From Guillardia theta CCMP2712 (taxonomy: Eukaryota > Protista > Cryptophyta): DNA of 64,000 nt. A program made the position numbers and the translations under genes. The notes under the pieces are model-generated. The model was given only the letters and a program-made list of their open reading frames with translations, did not search any database and was not told the DNA's origin. Positions 52,601-64,000 of this stretch are shown here, piece after piece (the stretch's first letter is position 1; the number at the start of each line of letters is the position of its first letter). Location of the stretch: contig NW_005434635.1 in the NCBI RefSeq assembly GCF_000315625.1, positions 434,001 through 498,000 on the forward strand, written 5' to 3'.

Positions 52601-55600
52601 GGTGGATAAGAGCTTCACAGCTCAGCTGAGGGGAAAGGACGAGTCAAGCACAAGAGAGAAGCAACGAGGAGAGAGAAGGAGAGGAAAGGAATGAGGACAA
52701 GACGAGCAGAGGAAGGGAAGATGAGATGGGTAGCAGAAGTAGGGAGGAAGAAGGGATGAGAAGGAGGAGAAAGTAGATGAGGAGAGAAAGGAGGAGGAGG
52801 AGAGAAAGGAGGAGGAGGAGGAGGAGGAGGAGTCACCTTGAGCTCTCGCTCCAGCTGTTTCTTGATGTTCTTCTGAGAGTGATAGAGCTGTTGGCACAAT
52901 CCTCATTCACCCTGTCACTTCATCCCCTCTCCCTCACTTTGGGTTGAGCTCGGGCGAGATGAAGGAGCGCGTTGTCCTGCGGAGGCGTCAGTTGCCTCGC
53001 TCCTCCTCCTCCTCCTCCTCCTCCTCCTCCTCCTCCTCCATTACCGTGCTAAGCGAGAAGATGCTGGAGCGAGACTTGAGGAGGCGGGAGAGAGCGCCTT
53101 CAAGAGGAGGAGGACGGTGAGAAACTTCGAACGTGTGCTCTAGGAAGGGGAACCTCGAGTGTCCGTGAAGTCCAGCTCAACCTCTGCTCGACATCGTTAG
53201 CGCCTCCTCCTTCTCTCGTTGCCTCCTCACCCGTGGAGGCGAAGTCGATGTCGAAGGGAACGATCTGCGATCGAGTCACGCACAGCAGACGAGCACAGGA
53301 GGCTGGACCTGCTCCCGGAGCTTCAGGAGGTGCATGACTAGGAACAGGTTCGCTTCCATCCTCCCCCTCGTCTTCTGCCATCCTCAACTCGTCAGCCTCC
53401 CACCTCCTCCGTCACTCTCCGACCTCGAGAGTCTTGCAGGCCGCCAGCAGAGACTCTGTACATGCTGGATATGGATATCCTCGTCAGAGAGAGGAGGGAG
53501 AGCGACAGCGAGAGAAAGAGCGAAAGCGAGAGCGATGATGGGGAAAAGGAGGAGGAGGAGGAGGAGGAGGAGGAGGAGGAGGAGGAGGCTCTGCGGGAGC
53601 AGCGAAGGGGAGGAGCTTCTTTCACCTTGCACCGCCTCCTGTGCGATCCCCTCGAAGATTTTCTTCTCAACCGTGCGGTACAACTAGACCAACCTCAGCT
53701 GAACCTCTAGCTCTCACAGCACGTCACCTGCGCTAGACACGCCAACGTGCGGGGCAGCGTGGGAAACCAGAAGTTGGGGCCGTTGGATGACAAGCCTGCG
53801 ATCCATCAGCAGGAGAGCAGCGAAGAAGAGAGATCGACAAAGGAGGGAAGGAAGGAGAAGGAGGGGAGGAGGAGGAGAGAGGAGGTAAAGAGAGGGAGGA
53901 GGAGGAGGAGGAGGAGGAGGAGGAGGAGGAGGCTACTGAAAGATGAATCTGACCATCGCTGCTCTTGTTGCCAAACTTTGCCGGATAGTCGAGATCCTGC
54001 TTGGAGGGGTGGTAGGCCTGCAAGAGGGTTAGATTTGCGATCGTTCACCTTGGGGGCACTGACTTGAATCTGATCTCTGATGAAGATCTGAGCGCGGAAG
54101 ATGAGCCGCTCCTGCACCTGCTGCCTGTCAGCCGCTCCTCCCTCCTCCTTCCCGCTCACCTCGTGCAGGATCATCCCACGCATGGCGACATGGCGGCAAG
54201 ACTTGCGCCTCTGAGCAGACGATGTCATGCCATCGACTGAATACCAAGGGAAGAAAAAAAAGAGATGCAGACGTAGAGGCAGACGTAGAGGTAGTGGTAG
54301 AACAAGGAGAAGTGGAAGAGGCAGAGGAAGGAGAAGTGAGGAAGAAGCAAAGAGGATGAGTGAGGATGGAGAGACCTGAGCTCGATTTGATCCTCCAAGA
54401 CTTCTCCCTGCCATGATCTCAGCCGGAGCCAAGAGAAAAGGTCAAGGTCGACGAACCTTGAGCAGCGACGCGAGGGAGCACAAGACGTCCAGGTCCACAA
54501 CCTGTCAAGGTCGATCAGCCGATGTGCAGCTGGGGATTCAGGTGTGCAGGAGCTGCAGGAAAGGAGGGAAGGGAAGTCAAGGCAGAAAATCACCTTCAAG
54601 TAGAGAGGACGGAGCGCATCTACCAGCATGTCGCACATGGGACCCATAAGAGCCTCGAGCCCGACGCTAAGGAGCAGGAGGGTCAAAGAAGAGCAGGAGG
54701 ACGAGAAGGAGGGTCAAAGAGGAGGAGGAGGAGGAGGAGGAGGAGGAGGAGGAGGAGGAGGAGGGTCAATCAGCAGGAGGTCAAGAGCCACCAGGTCAAG
54801 GACTGTTCGCACCTCTCTTCGATGGGTGGGAAGAACCTCTGATGCAGCTTGTACTCCCTTGGAGGCAGGAGGTGAGACGAGTCAGAGGAAAGACGATGTA
54901 GACAACCTGTGGCAGACATCGCACAGGTATGCACACCCAGCCCTTGCAATCTGCTGCAGAGTTGAGGAGGAGAGGAGGAGGAGGAGGAGGAGGAGGAGGA
55001 GGAGGAGAGGGCAGGCAGTTCGACCTGTCCGAGATCGCCGTCTCCATCCCTCAGCGCCGCGTTAATCTTCGACTGAAACATGCCAACTCACTTCACTGGT
55101 TCTTCTCCCCCCCACTTCCCCCCCTCCTTTTCCTCTACTCTGTTGTCTGCTCCCCTCTGCTCATCTTCTCGCCTTTAAGCTTCATTCTTCTCCCACTCTT
55201 CTCCCTCTCTTCTCTTCTTTCACTCCCTCTCCTCTCTTCTTTCTCTCCTCTCTTCCTTTCTCACCTTGACTGTGTCTTGCAGGAGTGATCGTCGTTGTTG
55301 GAAGTATACGTCCTACGTGACATCAGCGATGAATCCAACAGCATCACATTCCCCACCTGAAGATCAACTAGCAGCGAGTAGTATTCCTTCCCCCAGCTTA
55401 TTCGTGAGGAGATCTGTCGGACAACGTCACACGTCCCACCTGCTCGCGCGACGATCATGCTTCATACCTTCTCTAAGACATCGCGAACTCCTGGAGGGAG
55501 GAGGAGGAGGAGGAGGAGGAGTAGAAGTCAGCAGGTCTAGCATGCAGAAAGCGGTGGCTTGCCTTGAGCGACAGACTGATACTGCACATAAGCAGCGAGA

Positions 55601-57341
55601 GCAAGCTCAACGTCCCCTCGAGTCGACGTCTGGCTCGTGTCCACGTCCCCGTTGTGCATGCTTCCTTCTGCCTGCTCTCCCGCATTCGCTTGCCCAGCGG
55701 AGTCTTTCAAGTGTTGCAGGACCTTCTCGGTAGCCGTCTGATCAGCAAAGAATCATTCCTCCTCGACCCGCCTCTTCTCTCCTCTCCCCCTCCGCTCTTC
55801 TCCTCCCTCTCCACTTGCTCACTTGCAGCGTCGCGGTCACGTACGCTCTCACCATTCCCAGCGCCTTCGCTTGAGCCTGCCAAGGGCGATGAGGTGGAGG
55901 CACAGGGGCAGCGGTCGGGGAAGCACCTGCTTGAACCTGTTCAAGTAGCTGCTGGTGTCCGCGAAGTTGTTGTTCTGCCGAGGGAGGCTGAGACGAGACG
56001 AGAGGAGGAACGAGAAATTGTTACCACTGAGAGCTGCCCAACAGCATCGTCGATGGAGTTCAAGACTTTTTCCTGCGCATATAGATCAGCAAGAGACCTT
56101 GAGGACCTCGGCTGATCTCACAAAAGAGGAGGAAGCGACGTCCACTTTCGGCTGTCAATGTGAAGTTGAGGAGGAAGGAAAGCGAAGGAGAGCGAAACAG
56201 ATTTCATACCTGACTCAGCTGCCGTTGGACATTCTCAAGCTCGTCATAGATCTGAACTTGGATCAGGTGGTTATGTACATGTCCCTCCTTACTTGTAGTT
56301 TGGTCTCTATGGCTCCTGCTAGCTTTTCTAGTTCCACCTACGAGATCGTATCAGTTCAAGGAGCAAGAAATTCACACAAAGGCTAGCCACCTTATCTGCC
56401 AGCAGCTTTTCGCATTCCACATGAAGCGTGCTAGTCTTCTCAACGACTGTGAGAGTCGTTAGTGAGAACACACCAACCAATCATAGCAAGGATTTGCATG
56501 TTACACAAAGGATAACAGACAAGAGATATTTGAAGGTCTTCCTACCAAAATCGTGTTCACTCTGCAATCCTTGCAACGCTCCCTCAACAGAATCAAGCTT
56601 TACACTCGTCAGACGTCCTGTATCTCGTAGCAGGCGCTATTGGTCATACCTTGCCCAGGATTTGATCACACAGACTGAGGACAGCGCGCATCCTCTTGTG
56701 ATGCTCCTGCGGTCTCATCAATGCAAACTACAGACAAGCTTCATCGGCAATGTGAGCATCTGTTCTTACGTGGACTTCCACCAGTTCCTCACTATCATCC
56801 TTATGATCGTCCCTCTGCATCAACTCTAGTCAGACCATCCCACGAGCATCTGAATGGTTTCACCGTTGCATCAGCAAGTCGAAGAAATAGCTGGGATATG
56901 CCGCCACTGTGCCAGTCATCTGACAGCCATATCCCTTTACACGGACCCAACCGATTTCTCGCACGCACCTGTTGTTGTCTTCTCGCTGACAACTTCATTC
57001 TCCCACTTCTTATTCGCCCATGGTCGCCTACAGACATTCGTTACCTCAAGGTCCATTTCTGACAATTACGATCACTTGGAGCAGATGTTTCCCAGGTCTG
57101 CAATCAGTTCTTGTTGCTGTATCAGTGAAGTCAGCAGGAGAAAATCAAATCTTTCAATCTTTCATACATCTGAACTCAGCATCGCGCTAGCATCCCAAGC
57201 TATCAATGAATGAGGACCACGAGAAAAAAGAAAGCCAAACAAACCTTTGCGACTAGACTTAGATGCGGTGTACTTGATCAATTCGTCTATTTGCCTGCTC
57301 GAACGTGTAAGCTCGGTACACAATCTGAACTCCTCTAGCAT
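49677..57341 (-). CDS. COG3: Conserved oligomeric Golgi complex subunit 3 (Sec34) with a low-complexity C-terminal extension
   Basis: LSLCDQILGK, KTSTLHVECEKLL, SYLNRFKQ, YFQQRRSL, GCAYLCDVCHREYKLHQRFF, VQERLIFRAQ, DLDYPAK, LYRTVEKKIFEGIAQEAV, LFLVMHLLKLREQIVPFDIDF and MELYLPNPQTRSVLINPIKANILEAY. Start and the joining of the extension are less certain. Confidence 0.85.
50491..50735 (-). repeat. Coding 18-bp tandem repeat (QEEKAR)n, about 13 copies
   Basis: Unit cctgacgcgccttctcct on the plus strand, with one 17-bp unit near 50620. Confidence 0.9.
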
Positions 57342-57446
57342 TTACTGAAGACTGCAACCACCAAATCTCCCCACATGACATCGATCGAGATTTCTACCCA
57401 CAAAACATCGATCGAGGTTGCTAGCATTTGTCCCACACTACATGAC

Positions 57447-58386
57447 CTACTTGGAGGTCTCCTCCTGCGAATGCTGCACAGGCAGAGGATCGTCGATCTC
57501 GTCCGCCTGCTTGATACGTCACGACACATTTGAACGCATCAGGATCAACACAGACCGCGTTGAGATCCATTTCTCCCAGCTGATCCTTCACAAATCAGGG
57601 CTGAGCGAAAGTCAGGGTATCGAATAACAAGACAGACTCAATCGTAAAGCCATGATGAGGCAACATTTGATCATCAGAAATCATAGAGGCATCGTATGCT
57701 ACTTTCAGATTCCATAGCGCCTGACAGCAACTCTCTTTCCTTCTCTTCTCTTCTGCTCTTCTGACCTCAGCTTATCTCAGCTCATAGCCAGATAAAGATC
57801 ATGAGAGTTGTAATGGGAAGGGATGGGACGAGATGAGACGAGATGAGACGAGATGAGACGAGATGAGACGAGATGAGATGAGATGAGATGAGATGAGATG
57901 AGGTGAGATGAGATGAGATGAGGTGAGATGAGATGAGATGAAAAATAAATCCCCAGATCACCTTCGACTACTTTCCAGGTCTAAATACTCAATATCCTGC
58001 TATCAACTCATCGTGCTCTTCTCTTCACCTCATTCTCTGCATCTTTTTCAAGTTCTGACCTCTGTCATAAACCCAGCCCCTGCTCAAGCTCTATTTCCCA
58101 TCCCTCTCTTCTTCATTTCTCTTTATCTCGCCTGTATCCACTATCGGGTATCATCTGCCTCTTTCTGATTGCTCTCTCTCACTATCGTTTATTCCTCTCC
58201 ATTGCCATCCCGCATATCCTACTCGCCATCTTCTCCCGCTGCTGCTTCCTTTACCTTGCGCTCCTCTTCTCCTCTCTCTTCTCGTTTCCCTAGCCCTCCG
58301 ATGCCTTCTCCTCTCCTTCTCTCCCTCCTCTCCCTCTCCTCCTCCTCTGCGTTCATCGCTTCCTCGAACAGCATGTCGACCGTCAT
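57447..58386 (-). CDS. Possible small acidic spliced protein (or 5' exons of COG3)
   Basis: ATG at 58386 lies directly downstream of a minus-strand TACCCC cluster; MTVDMLFEEAMNAEEEER.. and a terminal exon ADEIDDPLPVQHSQEETSK*. Internal structure unresolved. Confidence 0.3.
57828..57940 (+). repeat. (GAGAY)n pentanucleotide microsatellite
   Basis: Alternating gagat/gagac units, then a gagat run. Confidence 0.9.
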
Positions 58387-58399
58387 CAGGTGGAGAGAG

Positions 58400-58530
58400 G
58401 GGCAGCGGGGTGGTACCATTGGAAAATAAGGGGTGGTAAAAGAAGAATCGAGGGGTCATATCAGATTGCAGAAGGGGTGATACTGGGAAGATGGAGGGGT
58501 AGAAAAGTTCAAGGAGGGGGTAGGGGTGAG
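58400..58530 (-). promoter_or_regulatory. GGGGT cluster (ACCCC on minus strand)
   Basis: ggggtggta twice, ggggtc, ggggtg, ggggta and gggggtaggggt within 130 bp, immediately upstream of the minus-strand ATG at 58386. Confidence 0.5.
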
Positions 58531-58686
58531 TCAAGTAAACGGTTATGTAGGTTGTTTCCAGTTATGAAACCGTTTCATGAGGTGGGATGCGGGCCAGAAA
58601 AAATGCCTCTTCGCTCCATGTACCAAGTTTGATAGGAGGAGCAAGCGAGCGGGAGAGGGGGGAAGCGAAGCAGAGAGGAGGAGAGA

Positions 58687-58828
58687 GGAGAGGACAAGGC
58701 AGGAGAGCATCTGAGAGAGAGGAGAGGACAAGACAGGAGAGCATCTGAGAGAGAGGAGAGGACAAGACAGGAGAGCATCTGAGAGAGAGGAGAGGACAAG
58801 ACAGGAGAGCATCTGAGAGAGAGGAGAG
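58687..58828 (+). repeat. 34-bp tandem repeat, about 4 copies, upstream of TMEM184
   Basis: ggagaggacaagacaggagagcatctgagagaga at 58687, 58721, 58755 and 58789. Confidence 0.92.
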
Positions 58829-58881
58829 CAGGTCAGGGTGTTTGAGTGCTCGTTCACTCCTGAATCCGAAGACCGTCAGCC

Positions 58882-60988
58882 ATGCGTTTCTTGTCCACTT
58901 GTGTGAACTTCTCGTTTCTCCTACTCCTCGCAGCAGGCTCGGTCAGGTCAGAGGCTGCCGTGGGATCGCGATCGTGGGACTCAGCCTTCGGACCTTATCA
59001 CTTGAGAGGCGATGAAGTGCGAGACATCCTCGCTCATTCCTCGTCATCGTCAGACAATTATTGGGGGAAGGGGTGGGGGTTGCATGCGAGGCACGGGTCA
59101 TCCAAGCGTCGAGCCACATGGAGCGTCGCACATCACCCGCAGCTCCGGCTCACAACGCAAGACGCCAAGCTGCCTGGAGCAGCAAGCACGCAGGCGGGGC
59201 ACCGGGATAGCGAAGCTTGGATCGTTCCAGCACTGTCACGGGTGATGGAAGGGAAAGTGGTTCCCCACGAGCGAACAGGGAATTCATTGCTTCCTTCCTC
59301 CACTTCCCCCCCCACACCCATTGCTGCTCCTATCTCAGCTCCAGCAGTGGCGATCGGAGCAGGGAATAATCAGCATCTGACAGCACGAGGGAGGAACGCA
59401 GCTCTGCCTGTCAGGTCAACGACGCTGGGAGAAGCAGAGGAGGAGGCCGAGTACTCGCCTGAGAATGCTCCTCCCAACGAGCCGCCTGAGGCACATGATA
59501 ACCTGCAAGAAGATTTCAAAGGGAACGAGGGGTCAGTGAGCGAGGTGGACGTTGAGACGCGGGAGTTCGAGGACGACATGAAGAATGCCTTTGATTTGAA
59601 CAAGATCACCTTTGCGCAAGTTCCTTTGCACTACTGGGCATGGTGGATAGCTCTTGTGTTCGCCGTGTTGACCTGCTTGATCTCTGGCCAGCTCATCATG
59701 GCGCATCTGGAGAAATATGGTAACTCCTGACTGAGTTAGTTCTTATGTTTTTGACTGGTTGAACTTCAGAGAAGCCAGATGTGCAGAAGTATGTTGTCAG
59801 AATCTTATTCATGGCTCCGATCTATGCTATCGATGCCTTTCTGAGCCTGACGTTCGACAATGCTGCGGTAATCTTGATGTAGCGAGGAAGTACCGCATGA
59901 CCCTTGTATTCCCAGCCCTTCCTCAACGTCTTGAGAGACTGTTACGAGGCTTTTACACTTTACAACTTCATCAAGATGCTGTATGAGTTGCTCGGCGGTG
60001 AGAGGACTGTGATCGAGATCATGTCCAAGAAGAAGCAGGTTCTTGCACCCTCTGGCTCCTTCACCCATCTCACCTCGCCCTTTCAGATTGCTCTTCCTAT
60101 TCCGCTTCACTGGATAGAGCCGTGGGCTATGGGGGATGAGGTGGGAAGGAAGAGGGCCGATGAAAGCTCTTGTTGACACTCATGGAATATCAGATGTTTT
60201 ACAACTGCAAGTTTGGAGTCTTGCAGTACATCGTTATCATCCCCATATGCGCCATCGTCACCTTCATCACGGTAGCGGTGAGTTGTCTCCCGAGGGTGTC
60301 CCGCCGACGTGCCTTGTGACTGGGTGAGGCAGGCGGGGGCGTACGAGGGGCCGGAGTGGTACACGATGGACTTATGGATCACCATAGTCAGCATCGCGTC
60401 GGCAACGTGAGCTGAGGGCGCTGGTGCTGGGCAGCTGCTGACGTGGCGGCGGCAGGTGGGCGATTTATTGCCTCATCACTTTCTACCTGTCGATGCAAGA
60501 GGAGCTTGAGGCCTCTGTGTCGAACGCCCTTGGGAAGTTTCTGGTGGTGAAGGCAGTTGTCTTCTTGTGCTTCTGGCAGGTAACTCAGCTTCCCGTCCTC
60601 ACTGTCTTGCTCCTCCTCATACCTTCCTTTCCTCCTCTCCTGTCATTGCTCGGCAAGATCCTCCCTTATGCTGCCGTTTGACCTCTCTCTCTTGCTGCTT
60701 GCTCTCGGCCACCTTCTCCTCCCCATCTTGCTTGACGCTGTTCCTCTGCAGGGCGTTGCGCTCAACCTGGTCCTCATCATCGGCTACATCCCTGAGACGA
60801 CTCAGTACTCGGCGAAACATTTCGTGGGGGCGATCGAGCAGTGGCTGATTTGCATGGAAATGCTTATCATCGCCATCTGCTTCTATCTTGTGTACCCGGT
60901 GGAGGAATTCACAAACAAGACTGAGATGCAGACACGGACCTACGGGAGCACGGGAAAGAAACAGGAGGAGGGCACGAGTTTTGTATGA
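58882..60988 (+). CDS. TMEM184 / organic solute transporter alpha family protein
   Basis: IMAHLEKY, QKYVVRILFMAPIYAIDAFLSL, LRDCYEAFTLYNFIKMLYELLGG, CKFGVLQYIVI, AIYCLITFY, KFLVVKAVVFLCFWQ and WLICMEMLI. Confidence 0.9.
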
Positions 60989-61020
60989 TAGGAGGGGCAG
61001 CAACTAGGTGAGGTCAAGAT

Positions 61021-61965
61021 TCATTCAAGTCGCCGATAAAGCCTAATGCTGAACTTCTTCAAGCTGCCACCGGATGTCATGTGGGGGGAGAGGAGGAGGA
61101 GGAGGAGGAGGAGGAGCACAAGTTCAGGGGAGTAGGAGGAGGGGGAGGAGGAAGTAAGAGGGAGCGGGCAAGGGGGTCGATACCTCTCGCCTTCTTGTGG
61201 TGGCCGAAAGAACTTGAGCAAGACCGGCGTTCCTGAAGGACCCAGCACGCGCTTGTACCACCACAAAATCTTCTCTGCCCTGCTGAAGAGTTGAAAATCT
61301 TCTCTTCTGCCCCTGCTCCTCCCCCGCCCTCCCTTCTATCCACCACCATGTCCATACTCCTCCCTGCCTCCTCCTCCTTCTCCTCCAGTACCGTCCAGCT
61401 TGCAACGTGTGAGGCTGATCTTCTATTCTCTCCGACTCCACGCCTGCCAACTCTTAGATGAGATGGGAACGTGGTAGAGCGGAAGAGAAGGGAAGGGGAA
61501 TGACGGTGCGGACAGGAAGCGGAACAAGTAGGAGGAGAAGAAAGGAGGAAGGGGACAGGAGGAAGATGAGAGAAAGGTCACAGTGAGGAGTGAGGCGGCA
61601 GAGAGCAAGGGGGAGCAAGTGCAGGACCGATGAGTTTATCTCCTGTTCTGATCTCCTTGCTGTCATAGGCAGGAGAGTTGGGAAGGACTTCGACGACCTG
61701 AAGTTGAGCATGAGAACAGTCCTGGGGAAAGAGGCGAGGAGAGGGGATGAGAGGGGAGGGGAGAGGAGAAGAGAAGAGAGGAGAGGAGAGGAGAGGAGAG
61801 GATAGAGGAAAGCGCAATGAAATGGAAGCAGGACGAGAGCAAGATCAGGGAGGAGGGAGGAGTGAACATGCAGGAGGGAAAAGTTGGAGCAGGAGAAGCA
61901 GAAGAAGACGCAGAAGAGAAGGAGGAAGAGAAGCAGGATGAAGGGCAAGAGGAAATGGGAAGAGA

Positions 61966-62024
<59 letters not shown>

Positions 62025-63568
62025 ATGGGGAGAGGAAGAGGAGAGGACCTCCATATGGCTCTCAGAGTCAAGCTTCATGATGATTCCAACCCCACAGAGC
62101 TCGTTGGGATCGCCGCCGCGCGATTCTTGTGGAGGAGCTGTCTGCGTGACGGTTAGTAAAGAGGCGGAGGAGGGTGGAGGGGTCAACCAGCACTTCGAAG
62201 GAGGGGACCTGTATGCTATTGATGAAGCTCATGAAACCTTCACTTGCTGTTGGGAGGAGGTTGTTCTCGTCCCAAAAGATAGAAGGGAAACGATCACGCG
62301 CGACTTTGTCTTCCTGCAGGTCAAGGTGAGGAGACAAGGGAGCAGAGAGGAGAAGAGGAACAGGAGCAGGAGATCAGACCTCAGCCCTCTTGCGAGCTTC
62401 ATCAGACTCCAGCTCCTCCTTGGTCCACAGGTAGTTGGCACCCTCTAAGATGATCTGCGACATCAGCTTCTCAGCGGCGACAGCTCGGGGCAGTACAACA
62501 CTCACGTTCCCTCCTCGCACAATCCAGTTCATCGGCTTCGAGTAGATCTGTGGGAGGTAAGAGGGGGGAAGGGGAGGAGAGCAGGAGGAGGACGAGGAGG
62601 ACGAGGACGAAAGGGAGGAGAGCGGGCGAGGGAGTGGGAGACGGACGTTGGTAGCAAGACTGTCACCTTTTCTGCATTCTTGAGGGCGACATAACCGTAG
62701 AAAGGATACTCGCGAGTGTCCTCTTCCTCTACATTTTCGTTGACCGTGAGAGTAGCTTGCATCATAGTTGCCTGCTCAATCTGATCATCTTTCTACCCAC
62801 TCCAACTTCCACCACCTGCCCACCACCACCACCACCACCACCAACTCCTCCTCCTCCTCCTCCTCCTCCTCCTCCTCTTTCCAACTGCTCACCGTCAGCT
62901 GTCTTCTGAAGTACACGCGAAGTTTCCCTCCCTTCCTGGTGAGACGGAGCAGGAGAGGCTCCAGGGTGTAGAAGTCGCAGCGCTCATCTCCTACCTGCAC
63001 TGCCATGTAAGAAGGCGAACAAGCGAGGAGATGGCAATTGAACCATCGAGGCTTTCTGTGGAGGGGAGGAAGTGGTGGAGGGAGGAATGAGGAGGGAGGA
63101 ATGCGAAGAGGGAGGGACAAAAGGGGACGAAGTTGAGGGAAGTATACGAGGGTACGAGGGCAGAAAGGTGAGAGGGATAGGGAAAGGAAAGACAGCAAGG
63201 TAAACAGGACCGATGGGAGGAAGAGGAGGAGGACAGAGTACAGAGGGGAGAGAGGACGAGGAGAAAGAGGAGCAGGAAGACAGGGGAGGAGAACGAGGAG
63301 GAGACCTGAAGAAATTCATCGCCAGGGAGCAGCTTCTTGGACCCTCCTGCCTTCACCTCCTCCACGAAGTTCCCAGCAAAGGTGAGGCCGAGCGACCTGA
63401 CCTCAAAGCAGGGGATCCAGCCGTTGGAGATGAACTTGTGCTGGGTCAGAGGAAGGATCACCTGCTGTAGGATCCTGAGAGGAGAGTCAGGGAGATGACA
63501 GTAATGTGAGGGGGCAAAGGACGAACGAGGAGGAGGAGCAAGAGGAGGAGCAAGAGGAGGAGGAGCAA

Positions 63569-63601
<33 letters not shown>

Positions 63602-64000
63602 TCAGACCTGATATCATGCGGGTCATGAGACCTCTTGTGGTTCAAATCCACGGAGCTCTGGGCGTGAACGTACTTGCTGAGGTTGTGCTGGAGACTTTCA
63701 GAACGCCTGAGAGGATCCCAGCTGGAGTTCACCTTGTGCTTGCCGGAGGTGGGGGTGACTGTGACAGGAGGACGTCAAAGGGGGAGGAGAGGCGGAACTG
63801 ACGGTCTGACCGTCAGCCTTGTCGGGGAGCCACTTGAGGTCCAGGCGGGCGATGGCGAAGGAGCCCTGAAGGATGATAAGAAGAGAGGAGGGGGAGGAAG
63901 GGAATGGAGATGGAGGATGAGAAATGAAGGGCAGCAGGAGCAGGAGCAGGAGCAGCAAGAGCAGAAGCAGCAGGAGCAGACCTCATCGATGAGGATTCGT
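61021..64000 (-). CDS. PDZ-domain protein, 5'-partial (two PDZ-like segments)
   Basis: SLGLTFAGNFVEEVKAGGSKKLLPGDEFLQVGD; CGVGIIMK..VVEVLPNSPAYDSKEIRTGDKLI..VLGPSGTPVLLKFFR; stop at 61021-61023. Confidence 0.7.

Overview
Eukaryotic nuclear DNA: gene-dense, GC-rich and intron-rich (many 44-60 nt GT-AG introns plus longer microsatellite-filled ones). The style suggests a cryptophyte such as Guillardia, which is an inference only. Most long ORFs in the track are exon fragments or low-complexity artefacts, so gene models were spliced by hand and some ends are approximate. Genes in order: SAP+FAM169-like GNAT protein; IPT/TIG+Calx-beta membrane protein A (-); coiled-coil protein; GT90/CAP10 glycosyltransferase; 2OG-Fe(II) oxygenase (-); pepsin-family aspartic protease; NPRL3 (-); IPT/TIG+Calx-beta paralog B; MER3/HFM1; a small unknown gene (-); an unknown membrane protein; a MER3 5' pseudogene; MEA1-like; COG3 (-); a small unknown gene (-); TMEM184/OST-alpha; a partial PDZ protein (-). 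Non-coding structure includes three near-identical copies of a 1.4-1.8 kb orphan repeat, a 2.2 kb array of a 22-bp unit, oriented TACCCC promoter clusters and CCGG/GGCC-rich islands. The standout is the aspartic protease at 16081-19858, which reads as circularly permuted. After the signal peptide it starts at about pepsin residue 45-50 and runs through the C-lobe DSGTS to the canonical C-terminus. A propeptide-like linker follows, and only then the N-lobe YFVNVSIGTP...FDTGSS segment and a membrane anchor.
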